From the IMG/VR virus record IMGVR_UViG_3300034069_000381, positions 1-43,644 of that record: DNA of 43,644 nt. One strand, 5' to 3'. Made by a program: the position numbers and the translations under genes. Shown here one piece after another: positions 16,239-26,500 of the stretch (positions within the stretch are counted from its first letter, which is position 1; every line of letters begins with the position of its first letter). This DNA is from a virus. Below the pieces are notes generated by a model, which saw only the letters and a program-made list of their open reading frames with translations, was not told the DNA's origin and did not search any database.

Positions 16239-16661
16239 TTAGGCGCGCAAAGTGGTGTCCAGTTGCGCCGAGGCTCGCACTTTACCCCAACGCCATTCAT
16301 CGCGCAAGACGCCTATGACGATGCCGTCTCGCCCCGGTCCAAAGTGCGAGCGCATACAACCTTCGATCACGCCGCCTAACCGGAGCGCTAACGCCACCAC
16401 CTCTTGCTGCTCGGTTACGAACGTCATCCGCTCACACCCAAGCTGGTCGTACACATATGATCCTACGGCCCGCAGGAAAGCGCGCGTCCACCCTTTGCCA
16501 GCCGCCGTAACGTGGCAGTCCGCGCCTTCGAAATGGTTTATGATGATGCCGGCGACGATTTTGCCGTTGCGCTTCAGCCCCAGCCCCACAAACGGCGGGC
16601 ACAGGCCGAACCCCAGCTGTTCGGATACGAAGCGTGCAACGTCGTCGCCGAAGTGGATCAT
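16239..16661 (-). CDS. GNAT-family N-acetyltransferase-like protein (140 aa)
   Basis: The layout VAGIIINHFEG...YVYDQLGCERMTFVTEQQEVVALALRLGGVIEGCMR resembles RimJ/RimL-type GNAT folds. Judged by eye only. Confidence 0.55.
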   Translation of the reverse strand: MIHFGDDVARFVSEQLGFGLCPPFVGLGLKRNGKIVAGIIINHFEGADCHVTAAGKGWTRAFLRAVGSYVYDQLGCERMTFVTEQQEVVALALRLGGVIEGCMRSHFGPGRDGIVIGVLRDEWRWGKVRASAQLDTTLRA

Positions 16662-18580
16662 GTAATGATTTCAGCCGACGTGTAAGCCAAATCGAGCCGT
16701 ATCAATTCTGCATCGATCGGCGTCAACGCACCGCTTGTCACCTGAAACGACACCGCGACGCTATAGCCGATGCCCGATACTGAACGCCACTCCTGGCTCA
16801 TCACCGTAGGCGTGACAGCGCCCCACGCGGACTGACCCCATACCGCCGTGCCCCATGTATTGGATTGTGTTTGCACCGATGCATCCGGTGGCGGGAAAGC
16901 CGTCATCCCATAATCAACCCGCATGTCCACGCGATCGTTTATCGTGACATTCGCGCGCACAACGGCGCGAGCCACTTTTCCGACCTTGGCTGACATCGCC
17001 GTATCCAGATCCTCGAACAAGGGCAGGATCGTGCCGGAATAGGCTTCGGTCCCATCCAGCCCTGACACGTTGGCGATGAAGACCTGACCCTGCGGACTGC
17101 CGAAATACAGCTGCCCGCGAAACACCGTCATGCAGAGCGCGTGCCAGTTCGTATAGCGTGCCCAAGCACCTGTCTCCGTGTTGCTGATGAAAAGCACCGG
17201 CTGATCCGCGCCGATAAGGTTCGGCGGCGAAATCACCGCCATTCGCTCCTCCGGCCACAACTGCGCCTGCCAACCGTTCATCCCGCGCTGCGTCACGGCA
17301 TCATGCCATGCGTCCGCAATGCGGTAAGACACGGTAGCAACGCTAAGGCTGGTGACATCCAGTCCGATCGCCTTGGACAACGGCACCAGCCCGACTGAGG
17401 TGGAAATCGCCAGATCGCCGCCGCCACGGAAGAATGCCCGGCGCCCTAGCGGTGTGCCGATCCGGTAAAGGCCGACCTTGCTCCACGTTGCGGCTTCATC
17501 GGGATTAATGCCCTGATAGATAGCCACCTCGCCCTCTGTGGAGACAAAGATGCACTGCTCGGACAAGCCGCCACTAACACCGGCCTCTAGAGACCATGTT
17601 TGCCCGAACAGCAGCGATCCGCCCTTGCCGAAGATGCCGGCCAACGGGAACAGCGTAGCCGTGCCGCCGATGCTGTCCGGTGCGAGATACCAAGCGTTTT
17701 GGCTATCCCGTTCCACGAACCACAGGCGTTCTTTGTAGACCCACACATAGGCCATGTCGGCGCTGGTCACGTCTCCGGTCCCGAAAGTGACACCCGGCGA
17801 CACAAGCGCGCTGGCACCGTCTGCCGTCGCTGCACCCCCGCCAGTTGCGGTCAAAGCCTCATCGTTAATGAATGGCGCTCCGGTCACATCACCCAGCCAT
17901 AATTGGCCGATCCCCGGTGCCGTCTCGATCACGCGCAGGATGGTGCCCGTGGCAGCCGATGTTGCCCCGGTCACGATAGATCCAACCGTAAACGGCACCG
18001 TGCGCGCATCATAGCCCAGCCGCGTCACGCCACCAGCGACGTTGGGATAGAAGGTATCGCCGTCGAAGATAAATCCGTCGCCCTGACCGTTCACGCCGAT
18101 CAGGTACGTTCCCCCCGTCGTGGCGAACTGCACCACGTTCCAGTCGCCGCCGGTGTAGCCACCAGCCACTACAAAGCTGTCCGTCGAGCCTTCGCCGAAA
18201 TGCTGGCCGATGTCGGTAACGATCGGATCGTCAATCTCGGTCGTGATCTCGTACCCGGCTGGCGTCAGCACGTTGGTAAGGTCGTAGATTGTGGTGGTGG
18301 TCGCGCCAAACAGGCGTTCGTTCGCCCCGTTCATGTAGGTAAACAGAGACAAGCAGTCGAGCGTGCCGTCACCAAGTGTCGCGTAAAGCTGCTTCCCGCG
18401 ACGCAGGATGACGCTGCTGGCCTTGGGATAGAAGTTATCGAGAATGGCGGCGCCCTGCTCGATCCCTGGCGCGTTGGGATGGGCAAGGTTGCGGTTCGAC
18501 ACCCATCCGCCAATCGGCGCGGCCCATGATTTGGTTTGCGCAGATCGGGGTTTAGGACGGGTTGCGCGGCGGGCGTACAT
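16658..18580 (-). CDS. Large tail tube/nozzle-like protein (640 aa)
   Basis: Assigned from size and position (after a smaller tail protein, before the ejection proteins), as for podovirus tail tubular protein B. No motif proof. Confidence 0.5.
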   Translation of the reverse strand: MYARRATRPKPRSAQTKSWAAPIGGWVSNRNLAHPNAPGIEQGAAILDNFYPKASSVILRRGKQLYATLGDGTLDCLSLFTYMNGANERLFGATTTTIYDLTNVLTPAGYEITTEIDDPIVTDIGQHFGEGSTDSFVVAGGYTGGDWNVVQFATTGGTYLIGVNGQGDGFIFDGDTFYPNVAGGVTRLGYDARTVPFTVGSIVTGATSAATGTILRVIETAPGIGQLWLGDVTGAPFINDEALTATGGGAATADGASALVSPGVTFGTGDVTSADMAYVWVYKERLWFVERDSQNAWYLAPDSIGGTATLFPLAGIFGKGGSLLFGQTWSLEAGVSGGLSEQCIFVSTEGEVAIYQGINPDEAATWSKVGLYRIGTPLGRRAFFRGGGDLAISTSVGLVPLSKAIGLDVTSLSVATVSYRIADAWHDAVTQRGMNGWQAQLWPEERMAVISPPNLIGADQPVLFISNTETGAWARYTNWHALCMTVFRGQLYFGSPQGQVFIANVSGLDGTEAYSGTILPLFEDLDTAMSAKVGKVARAVVRANVTINDRVDMRVDYGMTAFPPPDASVQTQSNTWGTAVWGQSAWGAVTPTVMSQEWRSVSGIGYSVAVSFQVTSGALTPIDAELIRLDLAYTSAEIIT

Positions 18581-18817
18581 TTATTGATCTATAAACTGAT
18601 TAAGGCGATATTCCAGTCTGGATACAGAGCCAAGCAAAAGACTTACGGATGGAGCAGAGCTCCATGCCTGTTGGGTGCAACCATTTCTATAAACCCCTGC
18701 AAAAGCTATGGAAGAAAATTCCCCCGCTTTAGCTTGGGCTAGAGCCTCTTCCAAAAGCTCAACAACATCCTCACCTCTTGGTTCAGCTGTAATGATATGC
18801 AGGTCACTACGCATCAC
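18581..18817 (-). CDS. Low-GC hypothetical protein (78 aa) inserted between the tail genes
   Basis: Hand count is about 45% GC. Its stop abuts the next start and its start overlaps the upstream stop (ATGA). Confidence 0.6.
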   Translation of the reverse strand: MMRSDLHIITAEPRGEDVVELLEEALAQAKAGEFSSIAFAGVYRNGCTQQAWSSAPSVSLLLGSVSRLEYRLNQFIDQ

Positions 18818-19506
18818 CGAGCCAACCCGTCATAAGGCACGATAGTATTCCCCCAGCGGCGCCGACCATTGTGGCGGATGATGTTCGAGCCTTTGTCGCG
18901 CCCGGCATACTCGTCCAGCGCCTTGATGAAGGCTTCCTGATCGCCAGAAGCGTCCAGCTTCTTGTTCTCCCTCCACCGCCACACCAGCCCCAGCGTCAGC
19001 AAGCGCTCCGGCAGCAGAAACGTGTCGCTGTCGGATGTGAAGGCAGGCTTATCGACCAGACCGGCGTCCACCGCCCAATTCTTCGTGATGTACGGGAAGC
19101 GCGCCTGCCCCATCGGAGCGGGCGAAAAACGCATCCGATCGCCATAGATGATCCAGCCGCCGGGAATCGTGTTCGCCCATCCGCTGTCGGACGACGCCAG
19201 AAAGTCGTTGATGTTACCGATATGGCTATAGCCCCACAAGGCATAGCCAGAGCGCTGCACATCGGCGTCCATAAGCTGGTGATCGTAATCGGCGGGCAAC
19301 TCAAACTCGGTGGTGCCGCCGTCGCCGTTCAGGACCGCGACGCGGGTTAGCGCTTGCCAGTCCTGATATTTGGCAATGTCCTGCGCGACCTCGTTCACCA
19401 GATCGGTGATCTCGATCTCGAATTTCTGCGAGGCGCCGAAGAACGTCGTGGGCTTCTGGCCCATCAGACGGATGCCCGCCGACGCCATCGCAGACAGGAT
19501 AGCCAT
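18814..19506 (-). CDS. Tail adaptor / tail tubular A-like protein (230 aa)
   Basis: Position and size only. Confidence 0.42.
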   Translation of the reverse strand: MAILSAMASAGIRLMGQKPTTFFGASQKFEIEITDLVNEVAQDIAKYQDWQALTRVAVLNGDGGTTEFELPADYDHQLMDADVQRSGYALWGYSHIGNINDFLASSDSGWANTIPGGWIIYGDRMRFSPAPMGQARFPYITKNWAVDAGLVDKPAFTSDSDTFLLPERLLTLGLVWRWRENKKLDASGDQEAFIKALDEYAGRDKGSNIIRHNGRRRWGNTIVPYDGLAR

Positions 19507-20267
19507 TATTCCTGAGCCGCCGCCAGCGCCTGCTCATAGGTCGCGACCAGCGTGGCGCGCGAGGGATTGCCGCGCGGACGAGCGCCCACAAGCCGCTCGA
19601 TCGCGTCTTTCAGGTCTATATCGCTCAGGTCGTCGTGCGCGGTCGGAAGGGGCGGGATCTCGTCGGCCGGCGGGATGAACGTGGACAGAGCCTGCGCCGC
19701 GCGCATCTCTTCAAGCTGGCGCTTGAGTTCGTTGATTTCGCTCTGCTGGTTTGCGCCGTTGCGGCGGTCATCGAGATACTTCTGGGCCATCGGTTTGATG
19801 GTGTTGCCGTGGATGCCGAGCTTCTTGACGCCCGACCCTTCGATATGCGCCAGCGCTTCGATGGAGTAGATGTTGAGCGCCCGGCAGAACGAAAGCTGCG
19901 CCTGACTGATGCCGTAGGGCAGAAGCTCTTCCAGAGGCGTGCCTTCGGCTTCCTGTTCGGAGCCGGCGAGAAACGCCTGATATTGTGGCTTGTAGCGTTC
20001 GGCCCACGTCACGATGCGGCCCGTATCCGGATCAGCTTCGCACATCTCATCGACAAGGAAGACCGGCTTATACTGCGAATTGGCGGCGAACCGAAGCTCT
20101 ACCACTTCCAGCAGATCATGGACCGGCTTGCCTTGGATTTTCGACTGCGGCTCATTCAGAAGGCTGTCATAACGGAAATATGGCGTGACAGTCCGGTTCT
20201 TTGTCTCGCCCGGCATGACATAGCCGGCCTTGTCCAGAGTGTCGCGGTCGAATGCCTCTAGGCCCAT
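19506..20267 (-). CDS. Structural-module protein (253 aa)
   Basis: Long ORF with RBS AAGGA. It lies between the capsid-proximal genes and the tail genes, so a head-completion role is possible. Confidence 0.5.
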   Translation of the reverse strand: MGLEAFDRDTLDKAGYVMPGETKNRTVTPYFRYDSLLNEPQSKIQGKPVHDLLEVVELRFAANSQYKPVFLVDEMCEADPDTGRIVTWAERYKPQYQAFLAGSEQEAEGTPLEELLPYGISQAQLSFCRALNIYSIEALAHIEGSGVKKLGIHGNTIKPMAQKYLDDRRNGANQQSEINELKRQLEEMRAAQALSTFIPPADEIPPLPTAHDDLSDIDLKDAIERLVGARPRGNPSRATLVATYEQALAAAQE

Positions 20268-20324
20268 GTTCAGTCCTTATGTGAGAGGGGGTCCATCGAC
20301 AATACGATAGACCCCACAACCCGG

Positions 20325-20657
20325 TTACGAAATGATGCCGCTGCGTGCCCAGAAGAAGCCGCCGGCAGGCACGCCGGAAGGGGCGATTGTGCTGTTGGGA
20401 GCATAATAGCCCCCAGCACCGGCCGCAGCGGTGAAAGCGGGCTCCGTAATCGTCACCTGCGTGCCCGGCGCTGCCGCAGCAGCGATTGCCGCAGACGCCT
20501 GCACCATGACGTAGATATGACCGTCAGAGCCGGTAACGTTCGAGCCGAGGCGCGGCGAGATGAGCGACTGTGCGCCCGGAATATCGAACCAGACCTGTCC
20601 CGCCGGAATGACGGTTTCGATGCCCGGCCCGAGCGAGGGAGTTGTGCGGAAAGCCAT
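20325..20657 (-). CDS. Small Ala/Gly-rich capsid-associated protein (110 aa)
   Basis: Immediately downstream of the major capsid gene. Function inferred from position only. Confidence 0.45.
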   Translation of the reverse strand: MAFRTTPSLGPGIETVIPAGQVWFDIPGAQSLISPRLGSNVTGSDGHIYVMVQASAAIAAAAAPGTQVTITEPAFTAAAGAGGYYAPNSTIAPSGVPAGGFFWARSGIIS

Positions 20658-20672
20658 GTCTTATTCCTCCTA

Positions 20673-21689
20673 TCAGGCCGTAATCAGACGCCAGCTATAG
20701 CGCGGATTGCTCATCACAAGTTCGCCGTTCCACACCAGCCCCTGCGCCGTCGCATCCTGGTTGATCGGCTGCGCGCCATCACCCGGAAACAGCGGCACCA
20801 TATTCCGGCTGGGATGATAATAGACGTTCAACCCTTCCAGATCGAGGCCGTAGATCGTGTTCGCCGGCATGACGTTGCCGACGCCCGTGGCGCAGACCAT
20901 CTCGATGCGGCCGGCGGGGGTAACGATCTCCAGCGTATCGAAGCCGAGAGCAGCCGCGCCACCGTCCGACTTGGTGATGCGCTGGTGCGCGACCATCGAA
21001 GCCGACACAGCCTGATACGATGCCAGATCGGCAACCGCGAGGCCGGCATGACGACGACCCTTGGACCGCAGGGCCACGACGCGTTCCAGAATCGGTCGCG
21101 CCGTGGTGCTGTCCCACGTCGTGCCGATATCGGGGAAATCGCCGCCCGGAACCGAATAGGTCGTGGTGCGCCAGATCGGGTTGGTGGCGCGGTCGATGCC
21201 GCCATAAGTGCCGGTCGTCGCCGCAATCGGCAGCGCGCCGCCGAAACCGATCATCTGGCGGCCCGCGTCGCCGGTGCCATTGCCGTGCAGCGCCAGTTCC
21301 CACAGATCCTGCATGGAAGACTCGGCCGTCTCCATATATTCATCCATCAGATTGTAGATTCGCGTACGGCCCTCGTTCGCCAGCAGTTCCGTGCCGGTCA
21401 GCGAGAAGCCGACGAACAGGTTCTTGGGCGTGAAGACGGCATCGTTCAGGATCTCCTTCGGCTGGATATCCAGATAGTCGTATCCGGTGAACCACTGACC
21501 GCCCAGCTTGTCGATCTGGAGCGTGACGCGGATTTCCGGGCCGCTATAGGTTTTGTACCGACCGCGCTGGCGCAGGAGCGCCGAAACAGGGTTGGAGTTG
21601 AACACCAGATCCTGGATTTCCCGCGTGCGATAAGCCATCGCGGTGGTCAGAACCTGGCGGTAATTGCGGTCGCTTACAACGGCAGGCAT
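20673..21689 (-). CDS. Major capsid protein (338 aa)
   Basis: Size and position directly after the scaffold-like gene. High coding quality. Confidence 0.7.
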   Translation of the reverse strand: MPAVVSDRNYRQVLTTAMAYRTREIQDLVFNSNPVSALLRQRGRYKTYSGPEIRVTLQIDKLGGQWFTGYDYLDIQPKEILNDAVFTPKNLFVGFSLTGTELLANEGRTRIYNLMDEYMETAESSMQDLWELALHGNGTGDAGRQMIGFGGALPIAATTGTYGGIDRATNPIWRTTTYSVPGGDFPDIGTTWDSTTARPILERVVALRSKGRRHAGLAVADLASYQAVSASMVAHQRITKSDGGAAALGFDTLEIVTPAGRIEMVCATGVGNVMPANTIYGLDLEGLNVYYHPSRNMVPLFPGDGAQPINQDATAQGLVWNGELVMSNPRYSWRLITA

Positions 21690-21712
21690 CGCCTATTCCC
21701 TCTGTTGCGGGA

Positions 21713-22858
21713 CTACTGATCGGCCATTGCCAACCGAATAGCTTCCTCGCGTGACATCTTGCTCTTGCTCTTGGAAGTCGTGTTGACCCCGGATGCAGGA
21801 GCGCCTCGAACGGATTTTGTGCCGCCGAAGTCGTCGCCAGCGCGGCTTTCGATAGGAGCCTGTGTGCCCTGTTGGGCGGGTGCGGGCTCGTAGGACGATT
21901 GCGGACTGATGCGAACCGCCATGTCATACGCCGCCGCAAGCCGATCCTGTGGGCTAAGGCTAGCGGGAACCTTACCACTATTGAGAAAGAATGCAATATC
22001 CTCTTGCAATTCATAATATCGCGGGTTTGCCGCCGCGAACGGCTCTATGATCTGTGCCGCCGTCATCTGCTCACGGATCTGGGCGAGTTCGGATTTCAGC
22101 GTCGCCACCTCTGGATCGGGCTGACGCTCCTGCTGCGCAGCCATCTGCTGGCGCTGCTGCGGCGTATATTCATGCGGGTTCTGGGACAGGTGCTGCATGA
22201 GCTGTTCGGGGCGCACGTTATACGCCGCCAACACATGCCCGATCGCCTGCACGGGCGTCATCTGCATATTGTCGAGCAGGCCCCTAAACCCTTCGCTCGG
22301 GTTCGTGCGCAGCGTCTGTTCCATGCGAACATATTTGTCCAGCGCCACGTCCAGCGTCGTGCCGCCCTGCTTCGCCATCTCGGCATAGCGGCGCAGCGGC
22401 TCATATTCCTTGACCGCCTCGCCCGCCTTGGCGACTTCGGCCTCAGCTTCGGCCACCACGCGCTGTACGTCAGCCTTCACCTCGCGCGGGGTGTTGATCC
22501 ACAGTTCCTTGGAACGCGGCATAAACTTCGCGGGCGGCTCGATGTGGTCCTTGGCCGGGCGGCGCTCCTGCTCGGGCAGCTTAGGCTTTTCTTCGGCCTC
22601 TGCGGGCTTCTCGGGAGCGTCATCGGAAGCGGGCGCTGGCTCCTTGGCCTTCTCCGGTTCCTTTGCGGTCTCCTTGGCTTCCTTCGGCGCAACATCGTCA
22701 GCGGCGCGCTTGATCGCGTCCAGCCGGCTTTCGGGGGGCTTCTTTTCCTCAACCGGCGGCTTGGCGTTCAGCGTCTCGTCGGAGGCGCGGGGTGCATCAA
22801 GCTGCGTGGAGAGTTCGGGCGAGCCGTCGTCAGCCAGGCTTGTGCTAAGGTCCGTCAT
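21713..22858 (-). CDS. Scaffolding protein (381 aa)
   Basis: Glu/Lys/Ala/Pro-rich and helical, located upstream of the capsid gene. ATG 22858 is preferred over the longer ORF to 22966, which would overlap the upstream gene by about 100 nt. Confidence 0.62.
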   Translation of the reverse strand: MTDLSTSLADDGSPELSTQLDAPRASDETLNAKPPVEEKKPPESRLDAIKRAADDVAPKEAKETAKEPEKAKEPAPASDDAPEKPAEAEEKPKLPEQERRPAKDHIEPPAKFMPRSKELWINTPREVKADVQRVVAEAEAEVAKAGEAVKEYEPLRRYAEMAKQGGTTLDVALDKYVRMEQTLRTNPSEGFRGLLDNMQMTPVQAIGHVLAAYNVRPEQLMQHLSQNPHEYTPQQRQQMAAQQERQPDPEVATLKSELAQIREQMTAAQIIEPFAAANPRYYELQEDIAFFLNSGKVPASLSPQDRLAAAYDMAVRISPQSSYEPAPAQQGTQAPIESRAGDDFGGTKSVRGAPASGVNTTSKSKSKMSREEAIRLAMADQ

Positions 22859-22863
22859 GTTGG

Positions 22864-23202
22864 TCAAATCCCCATCTGGTCCAGAGTGCGTTTCACCGCT
22901 TGTATCCGATCTTCCTTGCGCGCCACAGGCCGTTTGAACGGCTCCGCCACGCGCTCGCCCACGCATTCATACCGCACGCCCTGCGGGTTGCCGTCAGCCC
23001 GGTACGAGCGGAACAGCGCCGACTTGCTATCGTACGTCTTGCCGTCTGCGTGCGACACACAGGCATCGATATGGTCTGATATGACCATCGGGGCAGAGAT
23101 GTGCCGCGCGTCGAGCGTCTGTTTGTCAGACCACGCCACGTCCGCTTCCACCGAGCCGTCAGCATAGCCCCACAGGCGCAGCCACTCTTCGCGCGACACC
23201 AT
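22864..23202 (-). CDS. Hypothetical structural-module protein (112 aa)
   Basis: Tightly packed between its neighbours. Confidence 0.55.
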   Translation of the reverse strand: MVSREEWLRLWGYADGSVEADVAWSDKQTLDARHISAPMVISDHIDACVSHADGKTYDSKSALFRSYRADGNPQGVRYECVGERVAEPFKRPVARKEDRIQAVKRTLDQMGI

Positions 23203-23203
23203 C

Positions 23204-23485
23204 TTACTTGTTCACCGTCTTGGTCTGGCCCTTGGCCTTCTTCGACGGGATTGGCGTATCGTCGTCGCCCTCCAGATCCTCGTTAAAGCCGCTCTTGTGG
23301 CTGGTATAGGCCGAGCGGCTCAGCGACGGATCGTTGGCGCGGAGCGACGCCTTCACGGGATCGTCTTCATCGCCGCCATCACGGGCGGCCAGCAACTCGT
23401 TCGTGCGGGCGCTTTCGTTGTTCGGCTCGCTGTCCTTTTCCTCAAGGCGCTTGATCGCCTCGCCGGGGGTCACTTCCTTGGTCAT
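23204..23485 (-). CDS. Acidic protein (93 aa)
   Basis: ATG 23485 lies after AAGGAG. Asp/Glu-rich (GGDEDDP, EDLEGDDD). Confidence 0.55.
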   Translation of the reverse strand: MTKEVTPGEAIKRLEEKDSEPNNESARTNELLAARDGGDEDDPVKASLRANDPSLSRSAYTSHKSGFNEDLEGDDDTPIPSKKAKGQTKTVNK

Positions 23486-23510
23486 GCGTCGTCTCCTTGG
23501 AAAAACTATA

Positions 23511-26500
23511 TTAGATATGTGGCGAAAAGCTAGCTGCGCACATCGCCGTGGCACCCGTCAGAGACGTGCCAAGTTCACGAATGGCTGTTGTGTCTCCCGC
23601 CGCCCCTGTAGGCGTTACGGTAGGCGCAGCAGTCGTCCCCCCAATTACCGTCGATACAGTCACGTTATCGGCGGCGCTTGTCCCGGTGACGCTACCTGCC
23701 CAATGCTCGGCGCGGCCATTGCTCGCTGCAGACGAGAAATACATGCCAGCTAGGGTGACGCCGCCCGCCGCCTGATTGACCTGCAACGACGCGCCAACAT
23801 TGAGGCCGGCCGTTGCCGTGGCGCTATCCACAACCATAAGCAGCCCTGTTGCCGCTGAGCGCAGCCCGCCGACTATGCTGTCAACTGCTGCGCCCACCGC
23901 CTGCATGGTGCCGCCGTAGTTGACCGTCACGTCGCCAACGGTTCCGGTAGGCACAAGTGCTTGGTAGACGCAATGCTGCGCCCAACCCGATCCGGCGCTG
24001 TTTGCCTCGACTCCGCATATGCGCGTTGCAGCGATCCCGCCAATTGTGACGGTCGGGCTACTACCACGCGATACGGACGACTTGGACGCTATGCGAGCCA
24101 CAACAACACGATCGGTCGCCGGGGCCGCAGTCAACGCCTGCACCGCCGTCCAAGTGTTGCCGCTGGTATTCGTAGCAGCAACGTTGCCTTCGAATGTCCG
24201 TGTGAATGCTCCGCTGAACGCCGCGAAGGTTCCCTGCGTCACGTTGACATTGAAGGCAACAGTCTGCCGCACGGTCGAACGGGCGCGGATCGTAATAGGC
24301 GCGGCGATGGTGTGTGTGTTGCTTATCTGATAGTCCCCGGCACGACCAAGGTTGGTTGCCGCCCCCGAGATCACGGTTGTCCCCGGCGTGATGCCCGGAC
24401 CCATAATCTCTGCGCCGTCCTCAAGGCGTCCGTAAAAGTTGTCGATCACGGTCATCGTCGTGCCGCTAATCGTCACCTTCATAATGCACCGCAGTTCGAT
24501 GATTGCATTAAGGCCATTGGGGAAGCTGCCCAGAGGAAGCATGGCGCTACCCCGCCGCAATTCACGCGAAATACTGCGGAACCGCTTTGATAAGCCAGCA
24601 CCCCCGGACACAAACAGATCAGTCACGTAAGAGCCGGGGGGAAGGCCGGTAAGCACCGCGTCCAGCACGCCAATAAGCGCGTTATCTTCCAAGCTGTTAA
24701 CAAGATTGATGGCGGTCTGAACCGCGCCACTTGCATCTGTGAAAGCCACCGCGCCGATATCAGCCGCAATCGGGATGCGATCTTCCGAGTAACCTTTCAC
24801 AACGGCATTGATACCATTGTGATCCGACGACATGCCCATACGGCCGAAACGATATGGGGAAGTAGAGGCGTAAACGAGACCAAAGAAATTGGGGCGAAGC
24901 GTCTTATCCCACGTTTGCGCAGGAACAGGCACGCCGTTCACGAGCGCCGTGGTAGCGATGCCCCCATCTGCGGGGGTCGGGAAGAAGTTCAGTGTCTGAC
25001 CAGCCCGTGGAGCGACAAACACGTTATAGAGCGTTCTGGGCGAAGCCTGAATGGCCGTCGTCCCCCATCGCCCACCCTCGGTAGAATCGTCCTGCGGGTT
25101 AAGCGTTTCATCGAAGGCGCCGTCGATATTAAAGGCTTCCATCGGGTAATCGGGACTACCTAATCCGGTCGAACCGATCATCGTCTGGTTATAGTTGCCT
25201 CGAATGGTCATCATATACATGCCGATTTTCGTAAGAAAACCCGAACCCTGCCACGGGTCAGCATGTTCGCCATTGACGAGACTACGCGCATTCACGGTGC
25301 CGCCGCTGCCGGTTACACCGCTGGCTGGCTTATTGCGCGCGAAGCTGTCGAGGTTTGCGACAATCGTGTTAGTGCCCGCATTATAGCTGACAACGGTTGC
25401 CGACTGATTGAAGCCCTCGTTGTGCGGCGCGGGAGAGCCGGCCCCGGATGTCGTCACGCCCCAGATGCTGATTGAAGATCCTGAGGCCGGCTGGAAACCT
25501 GCAAACGCCCCGCTCAAAACGATCGTGACCTGATTGCTCCCAGTCATCGAAATCGAACTGATAGTTTGGTTGTTATACCCGCTGGTGCCGTCTCCGGCGA
25601 TCACGAATGTGTTGCGGTTGGCTCCACGGAGATCAAGCGCGATGCCGCCCTGCGCCTGATAGGAGCCTCGATTGTCCGAATAAGCACGGATGCCAGATGT
25701 AGACGCCTGCGTGTATTCGCCATTGATGATGTAAGTACCGCTCGTTCCGGTTCCTGTCGTGCCCGCCGTGCCGAACGGCTGGATAATCGCACCCGTCGCC
25801 GCGCCATCTCGAATACGGGCACCCGCGACAATCGACGGCGAACCGGACGCCATGCCGCTAATCGTCATCGTTGACGTGCCATTGCCATTGCTGGCGATCG
25901 ATGCGGTAAAAACCGAGCCTTCGTCATTGGCAAAGATCACATCGCCGGGAACGTTGCCGTTGAACACAAAGGCTTCGATCAGGAACCGGCCACCCGCCTT
26001 GTCGAACGTCTGTTTATAGCTGCCGATGTTGACGTTACGCAGAACGGTGTTCCGCCCTCCCTTGAAGGTATAAGCGCGCGGAAACACCGCCTCGCCAAAC
26101 TCAAAGTTGTTCCCGGCAGGAAGGTACGAATTGATATTGGTCGGGTCGGGTCGAACCTGTGTCCGACCATCGTAAAGCGCGTCAATGACCTTAGAGATGT
26201 TAGGCGCGAAGTTTGACGAGCCAATGCTGACCTGCGGATATCCGGTTGTGAAACCGGCCTCAGAAGGAGCAAACAATTTAGGTGGGGCAACAGGGTTTAT
26301 ACCGCTGTTTGGGTCCGTCCATTGCGGAATGACACCGTTCACAGCGAAAAACGCTGGAAGCAATTCGCCAGCCGGGCCTACTACCCTCCCGCCGGCTTGT
26401 GCCACCAATTCCACCGCCAGACGCGGGGCAAGTCCCAACTCGGTCCAACGCTTGGCGATGCGCAAAGCAGGCGTCGCAAGCTGCGTGCGCAGCTCACGAA

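Noticed and set aside
20517-21719. 400-aa plus-strand ORF
   Set aside because: It lies entirely antisense to the major capsid gene. It is Arg/Ala/Gly-rich low complexity with no RBS and no coupling to neighbours. This is a typical shadow ORF of a high-GC genome.
21872-23167. 431-aa plus-strand ORF
   Set aside because: It is antisense to the scaffold and the two genes upstream of it. It is Leu/Arg/Gly-rich. Same reasoning as above.
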